NCBI GenBank assembly: GCA_025361085.1
Contig: JANYAX010000036.1
Location: 7,208-71,207, forward strand
Length of the DNA stretch: 64,000 bases
Direction: 5' to 3'
Source: Candidatus Nomurabacteria bacterium
GTDB taxonomy: Bacteria > Patescibacteriota > Minisyncoccia > Phycocordibacterales > UBA9973
Below, piece by piece: positions 57,761-64,000 of the stretch. Made by a program: the position numbers and the translations under genes. The notes under the pieces were generated by a model. That model saw nothing but the letters and a program-made list of their open reading frames with translations, made no database searches and was not told where the DNA came from. Every line of letters begins with the position of its first letter. The stretch's first letter is position 1.

Positions 57761-58225
57761 ATGAGTGAACAAACAATCAAAAAAGAAAGTGGTCTCACAT
57801 TCAAGAAAGGTTTTTTAAATAGTTTCAGAGGCAGTCTTGTTTTAACATCATCAGAATTATATTTTGAATCAAAAGATAAGAAAGTTTTCAGTGTTTTAAT
57901 CAGTGACATTGAAAATTCTAGAGCTAAAAAGGGAATCGGAAATGGCCTTGATTATTTAGTTATTGAATACAAAGAGGATGGCAAGTCAAAGAAAACAGAA
58001 TTCGAGCACATGGCTTTTGTCAGTGGTCTTGCTATGGGTAATATGTCACAACTCCGAGAGACTTATTTTAAGTCGTGGGAAACAATCATCGAAGAAACAC
58101 GCATGGGCAAAAACAAAAAAGCTAGTGGATTGGATGATATAGAAAAACTCGCAGATCTAAAAGCCAAAGGTCACATTACAGAGGCAGAATACGAAGCAAA
58201 GAAAAAACAAATTTTAGGATTATAA
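57761..58225 (+). CDS. Bacterial PH-like (GRAM/YokE-type) domain protein with C-terminal SHOCT motif
   Basis: 154 aa; C-terminus DIEKLADLKAKGHITEAEYEAKKKQILGL fits the SHOCT pattern. Confidence 0.45.
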   Translation: MSEQTIKKESGLTFKKGFLNSFRGSLVLTSSELYFESKDKKVFSVLISDIENSRAKKGIGNGLDYLVIEYKEDGKSKKTEFEHMAFVSGLAMGNMSQLRETYFKSWETIIEETRMGKNKKASGLDDIEKLADLKAKGHITEAEYEAKKKQILGL

Positions 58226-58247
58226 TTTATCATTAATAATTACATAT

Positions 58248-58802
58248 ATGAATGAAAATATAAAAATAAAAAAGTGTCCTCATTGTATAAAAGAAGTAGA
58301 TGTTGAAGCCAGTCGTTGTCCTCATTGTCAGGGTAAAATCTTTGTATGGACTAGGGGAAGAAAAATTCTAGCAGGATTTATTATCTTTACAGTCTTTATT
58401 TTGGTTATTTCTGGTAGCTCAAACAGCAACAAAACACCTACAACATCATCGAATACAACATCAAATACGGTCACAGCGACAGGTCCACAACTTGAACTGC
58501 TTAGCTACAACTGCGACAAAGAATATGGATATTTTACAATTAGCGGACAGGTTAAAAATATAAGTGGTAATTCTTTGAAGAATGTGACGGCCGTTGGATC
58601 TACTTATGCCAAAGACAAAACATTTATAAATTCAGAATCTACTTTGATTGAATACAACCCAATTCTTCCAAATCAAACATCTCCGTTTAAAGTAATGATG
58701 ACAGAGAATCCACAAATGAGTAAGTGTAATGTTGATTTTAAGTATTTGATTGGTGGAAGTATAGAATTTAAAGATAGTAGCAACGTAGTTACTAAAAAAT
58801 AA
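58248..58802 (+). CDS. Zinc-ribbon, single-TM, Ser/Thr-linker, beta-rich ectodomain membrane protein (candidate superinfection-exclusion/moron)
   Basis: 184 aa; CPHC..CPHC ribbon, TM, STTSSNTTSNT linker; located next to the integrase. Confidence 0.4.
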   Translation: MNENIKIKKCPHCIKEVDVEASRCPHCQGKIFVWTRGRKILAGFIIFTVFILVISGSSNSNKTPTTSSNTTSNTVTATGPQLELLSYNCDKEYGYFTISGQVKNISGNSLKNVTAVGSTYAKDKTFINSESTLIEYNPILPNQTSPFKVMMTENPQMSKCNVDFKYLIGGSIEFKDSSNVVTKK

Positions 58803-59012
58803 CAACCACCGAAGAGATTAAGGCACATTTTTACAAATGTGCTTTTTCTTTACCTGTTCATAACTTTTATTGACATATTGTCAAGTTAGTTGTATAACTC
58901 CCTTGTGAGTCATTAACAACAACTTAATTAAAGCCATTGTTCCGAAAGGAATCGTCTGTGAAAACAGATTGATGCTACCAATGTCTTGTGAAAGTATTTA
59001 TATAATCCTTTT

Positions 59013-60077
59013 TTGGATGTATACTATAACTATCTCTGTCAAGTACAGAGTAGCAATTCCGCAAGGAGTTACGCACAAGTCCATCGAGTAGCATCGATGG
59101 ATTTCGTGTTTATGAAATTTGACGATGCAATAGAAAAGTTTACGAATTGGAGACAATTCAAAGTGTGCGGAGAAACGGTAAAAAGGTACGACAAAGTGCT
59201 ACGCATTTTTTGTTTGTATCTACATAATCCGGATATAGAAAAAATAACGGTCGACCAAGTATTAAAATATCTAGGAGAGATGCAAACACTTGGATGGAAA
59301 AAGAATGGATTAAATATTGTTTGTATTGGGTTGAGAAAATTCTTTGAGTTTTATGAGATGCAAGGCTATAAAGTTATCAAAGCTGAATTAGTCCCAATAC
59401 TTAAAAAAGAATTTAAACTTCCGAGAATTGCGACGGAGGATGGATATGATGCTCTGCTTGAACAATTTCCTGCAGACTCAAACGATCCGCACCACATCCG
59501 CAATCGTGCCATCGCTATGCTCTTGTGGGATACAGGAGCCAGAAATGGAGAGATATTATCGCTCGATGTCGATGATCTAAACTTAGAAGAAAGGAAAGCA
59601 ATAATCAAAACAGAGAAGTCGCGAGGACGTAGACCAATTCGCGAAATATTCTGGCAAGAAAAAACAAACAAGGCTCTCAAAAATTGGATTGAGAAAAGAA
59701 AATATTTGATGAACATTATGAAGTTTCAAGACCAGAACGCTCTATTTATTTCAATTGCAACGTGTAATAAAAGTGTAAGGGGTGGAAGATTAAAAGTTTG
59801 TGGACTAGCAGAGATTTTGAGGACTGCATCGAATAGGGCAGGGATTCCAACTTTGAATGCTCACTCAATGAGACATTTTATGGGAAGAAGTATTATTGAA
59901 CAGGGAGGCTCAAACTCCGATGTTTCAAATATTCTTGGTCACTCATCCATGGACTCATCATGGATATATACGATGATGGCCGGACCGCAATTGCAAAAAC
60001 GATGGTCACATTTTAAAGAGGTAGCCGTCAAAGCTGTCACCGTAAAAACAGGGCGGTTCGGGAAGATGAGAATATAG
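59013..60077 (+). CDS. int: Tyrosine recombinase / phage integrase
   Basis: 354 aa; catalytic R..HxxR..Y signature (ARNGE, HSMRHF, LGHSS..WIYT); adjacent to attR; true start may be an internal Met near 59097. Confidence 0.85.
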   Translation: MDVYYNYLCQVQSSNSARSYAQVHRVASMDFVFMKFDDAIEKFTNWRQFKVCGETVKRYDKVLRIFCLYLHNPDIEKITVDQVLKYLGEMQTLGWKKNGLNIVCIGLRKFFEFYEMQGYKVIKAELVPILKKEFKLPRIATEDGYDALLEQFPADSNDPHHIRNRAIAMLLWDTGARNGEILSLDVDDLNLEERKAIIKTEKSRGRRPIREIFWQEKTNKALKNWIEKRKYLMNIMKFQDQNALFISIATCNKSVRGGRLKVCGLAEILRTASNRAGIPTLNAHSMRHFMGRSIIEQGGSNSDVSNILGHSSMDSSWIYTMMAGPQLQKRWSHFKEVAVKAVTVKTGRFGKMRI

Positions 60078-60123
60078 TCGTTGATAAATTGACTTTATCG
60101 TTTACATATGTAAACATAGATAT

Positions 60124-60594
60124 ATGACTAAAAGAGAACAATTAGAGGAGAAAGTTAAAGAAATGACCAAAACACATGGCCGTAATGACTATAAAATTAT
60201 TGAATGTTTAGCATGTGGAAATGAATTTGTTGGTGGTACTACTGGCAAAAGATGTGATGACTGTAGTTTAGAAAACTCAAAAAAGAGAATGACCGGATTA
60301 AGTAAGTCAAAAATTGCAATCAAAAATAATGCTGTTGAAAGGAAGTGTTTCTTTTGCTCAAAAACAGAAAATACTCAAATACACCACATAGATAAAGATA
60401 AATTGAATAATGACATAAGCAATTTATTAATATTATGTAAAGGGTGTCATCTAAAATTACATGGCAAAATATACAATCCTCTTTTAAAGAGAGTATTTGC
60501 AATTCTCACAGAAGAGAGATTTTCTTATGAAGAGATTGGGGAGATGTTCGGGACTACTAGACAAAACGTCTATAAGTTGTTAAAAACCAAGTAG
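60124..60594 (+). CDS. HNH endonuclease with N-terminal zinc ribbon and C-terminal sigma-70 region-4-like HTH
   Basis: 156 aa; CLACG..CDDC, HNH block CFFC..IHHIDKDKLNN..LCKGCHLKLH, C-terminal FSYEEIGEMFGTTRQNVYKLLK. Confidence 0.7.
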   Translation: MTKREQLEEKVKEMTKTHGRNDYKIIECLACGNEFVGGTTGKRCDDCSLENSKKRMTGLSKSKIAIKNNAVERKCFFCSKTENTQIHHIDKDKLNNDISNLLILCKGCHLKLHGKIYNPLLKRVFAILTEERFSYEEIGEMFGTTRQNVYKLLKTK

Positions 60595-60779
60595 TTTACA
60601 TTTGTAAAGTTATCCACAGGTTAAGGGGTTTACGTTTGTAATAGTAGAGTGTATAATGTTTAGAGTAGTTTGAAAGATGAATAAAAATATTTTGCTTGTC
60701 AGTAGAGAGTGTGAAAATATTCGCAACTTCTACCGACGAGCAAAGGCAGAGCAAGTTTTTATAAAAAAATATCCTTGCA

Positions 60780-60855
60780 TGGTATCGTAACGAAATGGGG
60801 TATACCTACACGCTCGTAGATCATGTAGTAAAAACAGGGAATAGTATAAAATAAA
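60780..60855 (+). pseudogene. gap: Displaced original 3' end of gap (25 codons, WYRNEMGYTYTLVDHVVKTGNSIK*), attR-side remnant
   Basis: About 75 percent identical at nt level and collinear with 32819..32893; no start codon or upstream coding context; rpiB begins 4 nt downstream. Confidence 0.6.
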
Positions 60856-60859
60856 AAAC

Positions 60860-61312
60860 ATGAAAATATACATAGGTTCAGACCACGCTGGTTACGAATT
60901 AAAAGAAAAACTAAAGATATTTTTAAAAGAATCTGGTCACGAAGTGACAGATAAGGGTGCTTTCAAATTAGATAGTGATGATGATTTCCCAGATTTTATT
61001 ATTCCAGTTGCAGAAGCTGTCGCCGAAGGTCCTGAGCTAGAAGAGCGAAGGGGAATTATTCTCGGTGGAAGTGGTGAAGGAGAAGCAATGTCTGCTAATA
61101 GAATTGATGGTGTAAGGGCTACAGAATACTACGGAGGTGATCCAGAAATAATAAAAGTCTCACGAGAACACAACGATGCCAATATTTTATCGCTCGGCGC
61201 ACGTTTTGTAACTGAAGAAGAAGCCGAAGAAGCTGTTCGATTGTTCCTCGAAACAAAATTTTCTGGCGATGAACGACACATTAGAAGACTAAAGAAGCTA
61301 GAAGCTGAATAA
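60860..61312 (+). CDS. rpiB: Ribose-5-phosphate isomerase B
   Basis: 150 aa; MKIYIGSDHAGYELKE N-terminus typical of RpiB/LacAB. Confidence 0.85.
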   Translation: MKIYIGSDHAGYELKEKLKIFLKESGHEVTDKGAFKLDSDDDFPDFIIPVAEAVAEGPELEERRGIILGGSGEGEAMSANRIDGVRATEYYGGDPEIIKVSREHNDANILSLGARFVTEEEAEEAVRLFLETKFSGDERHIRRLKKLEAE

Positions 61313-61313
61313 T

Positions 61314-62024
61314 ATGACAGAAATAACTCCAGCAGTGCTTGTTGAAAATTTTAGTGAATTGAATGAGAAATTGGCCAAATTTGTAAACATTACAAAAATG
61401 ATTCAGATCGATATTTGTGATGGTAAATTTGTTCCATCTACTTCTTGGCCTTTCGACGAGCTCAGGGCAGGCCAAGATAAGCACGCAGTGGGTAGTAATT
61501 TGAAAAAGATTCTCGATGAAGAGGAAGGAATGCCGTTTTGGAATAGTATAGATTTTGAGTTTGATTTGATGGTTTTAAATGCCCACAAACAATTTGAATT
61601 TTTTTCAAAGCTTGGAGCCAAAAGTTTAGTATTTCATGTTGAAGCAGAAGATGAATATAGTTTCAAAGAATTTTTGGAGTCACTCGACCCATATTGGCGA
61701 GACAATATTAAAATAGGCGTTGCTATCAATACTACAACAGACATCACAAAGTTAGAACCTTTAATAAATTGTGTGGATTTTGTACAGTGCATGGGAATAG
61801 AAAAAGTTGGATTTCAAGGAGAAGCATTTGATGAAAGAGTTTTAAAACAGATTAAAGATTTAAGATTAAAGTATACAGAATTAAGTATAAGTGTTGATGG
61901 TGCAGTCAATGAAGAAACCGCACCTCTTCTTTTAGAAGCTGGAGCAAATCGCCTTGTTATCGGTTCTGCTATTCTAAATAGCTATGATATGAGAGAAACT
62001 ATCCGCGAATTTGAAAGATTATAA
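61314..62024 (+). CDS. rpe: Ribulose-phosphate 3-epimerase-like (divergent)
   Basis: 236 aa; QIDICDGKFVP, FDLMVLNA, GFQGEAF and SVDGAVN..GSAIL parallel the RPE motifs HxDxMDGxFVPN, DVHLMV, GFGGQ, VDGGV; in pentose-phosphate operon. Confidence 0.65.
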   Translation: MTEITPAVLVENFSELNEKLAKFVNITKMIQIDICDGKFVPSTSWPFDELRAGQDKHAVGSNLKKILDEEEGMPFWNSIDFEFDLMVLNAHKQFEFFSKLGAKSLVFHVEAEDEYSFKEFLESLDPYWRDNIKIGVAINTTTDITKLEPLINCVDFVQCMGIEKVGFQGEAFDERVLKQIKDLRLKYTELSISVDGAVNEETAPLLLEAGANRLVIGSAILNSYDMRETIREFERL

Positions 62025-62069
62025 TTTTATCGATGGTTTTTGTGTTTAATATTTGCTAAAATATAAAAT

Positions 62070-62906
62070 ATGGAAATGCTAAGTGACAAAAAAGTTAAAG
62101 AGTTAAAAATAAAAGCGAAAAATATTCGCGCTAGTATCATCGAAATGCTCGCCGAAGCTGGTAGTGGGCACACAGCCGGCGCGCTCGGGATGGCAGATAT
62201 TTTCGCCTTACTTTATTTTCATACATTAAAACACGACCCCAAAAATCCACTGATGGAAAGTAGAGATAGATTGGTATTGTCGAATGGTCATATTTGCCCT
62301 GTCTTGTATGCAACCATGGCCGAAGCTGGATATTTTCCTAAAGAAGAATTACTCACTTTACGTAAATTTGGGTCACGATTGCAAGGCCACCCACACCGTG
62401 AATATATGCCGTGGCTCGAGACATCATCTGGTCCACTTGGTTCAGGACTTTCACAAGCTGTCGGTATGGCAATTTCAGAAAAAATTTACGGCGGAATAAA
62501 AAATATATATGCAATTCTTTCAGATGGCGAACACGACGAAGGTAATACTTGGGAAGCGATAATGCTTGCAGGTAAAGAGAAACTCGCAAATCTAATTGTG
62601 ATAGTAGATCGAAATCATATTCAAATAAGTGGCAATACCGAGCGCATTATGCCACTCGGTGATTTGAAACAAAAATACAAAGATTTCGGGTGGAACATTT
62701 TTGAAGTTGATGGTCATGATTTCTGGCAAGTAAACAATGCTATTTTTCTTGCAAACAGAAACAAAGTTTCTCCATCAGTCATCATAGCAAATACTATTCC
62801 TGGCAAAGGTGTCAAAGAATGGGAACAAGATTATCATTGGCATGGCAAAGCACCAACCAAAGAAGAAGCCGAATCTGCATTAGAAAAACTAGAACCTAGC
62901 CACTAG
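62070..62906 (+). CDS. Transketolase, N-terminal (TPP pyrophosphate-binding) subunit
   Basis: 278 aa; GHTAGALGMADI, GDGEHDEGNTWEA TPP-binding motif; split tkt arrangement. Confidence 0.85.
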   Translation: MEMLSDKKVKELKIKAKNIRASIIEMLAEAGSGHTAGALGMADIFALLYFHTLKHDPKNPLMESRDRLVLSNGHICPVLYATMAEAGYFPKEELLTLRKFGSRLQGHPHREYMPWLETSSGPLGSGLSQAVGMAISEKIYGGIKNIYAILSDGEHDEGNTWEAIMLAGKEKLANLIVIVDRNHIQISGNTERIMPLGDLKQKYKDFGWNIFEVDGHDFWQVNNAIFLANRNKVSPSVIIANTIPGKGVKEWEQDYHWHGKAPTKEEAESALEKLEPSH

Positions 62907-62925
62907 CTACTAGAACCTAATTATT

Positions 62926-63930
62926 ATGCTAAATCAAAAATTAAAATTAAATACAAAAGTGTTCAATAGAGATGTTGAGAAAGTATCTACTCGCCAAGGT
63001 TTTGGTGAAGGTCTTCTCCAGATTGGAGTTTCGAATGAAAATGTTGTTGCACTATCGGCTGACCTCAAAGAATCGACAAAAGTAGATCTTTTTGCTGAGA
63101 AATTTCCCGATAGATACATCGAGCTAGGAGTAGCTGAACAAAATCTCGCAAGCGTTGCAAGTGGAATCGCTTCCATGGGTAAAATTCCATTTATCGCTTC
63201 ATATGGCATATTTAATCCGGGCCGTAATTGGGAACAAATTCGCACCACGATATGTTACAACAATCAACCCGTAAAAATTATCGGCTCACACACTGGGCTC
63301 TCAGTAGGCCAAGACGGGGGGTCACACCAAATGCTTGAAGATATTGCACTCACACGATCGATACCAAACATGGTTGTTATCTCACCATGCGACTCTATCG
63401 AGGCTAAAAAGGCGACAATCGCATGTGCAAAAACAAAAGACCCTACATATATACGACTCGCAAGAAATAATACTCCGATAATTACAACCGCAGATACTCC
63501 ATTCGAAATAGGAAAAGCCGGACTAGTTTTTGTTCCTGAAATCGGGCTGGCTCACGTTGGGATAATCGCGACAGGGACGATTTTATATAAAGCTATAATG
63601 GCTGCACATGAACTTGAAAAGAAAGGGATCAAAGTAAAAGTTTTAAATTTATCTACAATAAAACCACTAGATACTGAAGCGATAATTTCACTTGCAAGAG
63701 AAACTCGCGCCATTGTGACCGCAGAAGATCACCAGATTGCCGGAGGTATGGGTAGTGCAGTTTCGGAATGTATTGCACAAGAATATCCGATCCCGATTGA
63801 ATTTGTTGGAGTAGATGATGAATTTGGCCAATCAGGCATACCAGAAGAACTCGAAAAACACTACGGAATCGACACAGAGAGTATCATAAAAAGAGTAGAG
63901 AAAGTATTAAAAAGAAAAACCGCTAAATAG
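62926..63930 (+). CDS. Transketolase, C-terminal (pyrimidine-binding) subunit
   Basis: 334 aa; pyrimidine-binding and C-terminal domains. Confidence 0.85.
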   Translation: MLNQKLKLNTKVFNRDVEKVSTRQGFGEGLLQIGVSNENVVALSADLKESTKVDLFAEKFPDRYIELGVAEQNLASVASGIASMGKIPFIASYGIFNPGRNWEQIRTTICYNNQPVKIIGSHTGLSVGQDGGSHQMLEDIALTRSIPNMVVISPCDSIEAKKATIACAKTKDPTYIRLARNNTPIITTADTPFEIGKAGLVFVPEIGLAHVGIIATGTILYKAIMAAHELEKKGIKVKVLNLSTIKPLDTEAIISLARETRAIVTAEDHQIAGGMGSAVSECIAQEYPIPIEFVGVDDEFGQSGIPEELEKHYGIDTESIIKRVEKVLKRKTAK

Positions 63931-63943
63931 TAGCGGTTTTTCT
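63916..63943 (+). terminator. Terminator hairpin ACCGCTA-aatag-TAGCGGT plus T5
   Basis: Stem overlaps tkt stop codon, followed by U-tract. Confidence 0.55.
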
Positions 63944-64000
63944 TAATTACTCTGTCTTTGTAGTTTTTTTTCTTTAAGTAATTTCATTTTATAATTTTCT

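Larger units (their letters stand above)
32819..60855 (+). mobile_element. Integrated prophage (approximately 28 kb, siphovirus-like, HK97-fold capsid), inserted in the 3' end of gap; attL region 32819..32893, attR region 60780..60855
   Basis: Two diverged 75-nt copies (about 75 percent identical) of the gap 3' end bracket a contiguous block of phage genes; host pentose-phosphate genes resume right after the second copy. Confidence 0.8.

Noticed and set aside
60780-60855. Second gap-like fragment as an independent gene or tandem duplication
   Set aside because: Only the last 25 codons, no start codon, collinear with the gap 3' end and positioned exactly at the prophage/host junction: best explained as the attR-side remnant.
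1-64000. CRISPR arrays, rRNA genes, IS elements/transposases
   Set aside because: Scanned for regularly spaced direct repeats and transposase-like ORFs and found none. The repeats seen are isolated palindromes, not repeat-spacer arrays.

Overview
Low-GC bacterial chromosome segment, all read directly from sequence and recalled family motifs with no searches run. The gene content (split transketolase, archaeal-type AspRS plus GatB, many small membrane and Cys-rich proteins) suggests a small-genome lineage such as Candidate Phyla Radiation (CPR)/Patescibacteria, but that is inference. Host backbone 1..32.9 kb: dnaK-dnaJ; a three-gene polyamine cluster (PLP decarboxylase, deoxyhypusine-synthase-like, agmatinase-family ureohydrolase); a SET-domain/EamA/DUF2156-like operon; a histidine kinase with no adjacent response regulator; cysS, rplU, recR, dnaB, trpS; a T-box leader upstream of aspS; a dinD-like gene, a HIT-family gene, scpA-scpB, mraY-ftsW-murG, gltX, an M23 peptidase, cspA, tRNA-Leu(UAA), gatB and gap. 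An approximately 28 kb siphovirus-like prophage (32.8..60.9 kb, every gene on the + strand) is inserted into the 3' end of gap; a diverged 75-nt copy of the gap 3' end reappears at the right junction, directly in front of rpiB-rpe-tktN-tktC. Prophage content: Cys-rich early genes, YqaJ exonuclease, SSB with a DIPF tail, replisome organizer, RusA, terminase, portal-MuF fusion, protease-scaffold, HK97-fold capsid, tail genes with a G/GT-type -1 frameshift site, tape measure, Gly-rich fiber. Its lysis cassette has an unusual papain-like (C1) lysin carrying a YkuD-like C-terminal domain, plus a GH73-like hydrolase. A cargo block (tRNA-like element, bPH-SHOCT protein, zinc-ribbon membrane protein) sits beside a tyrosine integrase and an HNH-HTH endonuclease flanked by palindromic motifs. 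Several distinct long perfect palindromic hairpin families and one GC-rich island bounded by 21-bp inverted repeats are unexplained by genes. No CRISPR, rRNA, IS or transposase was seen.
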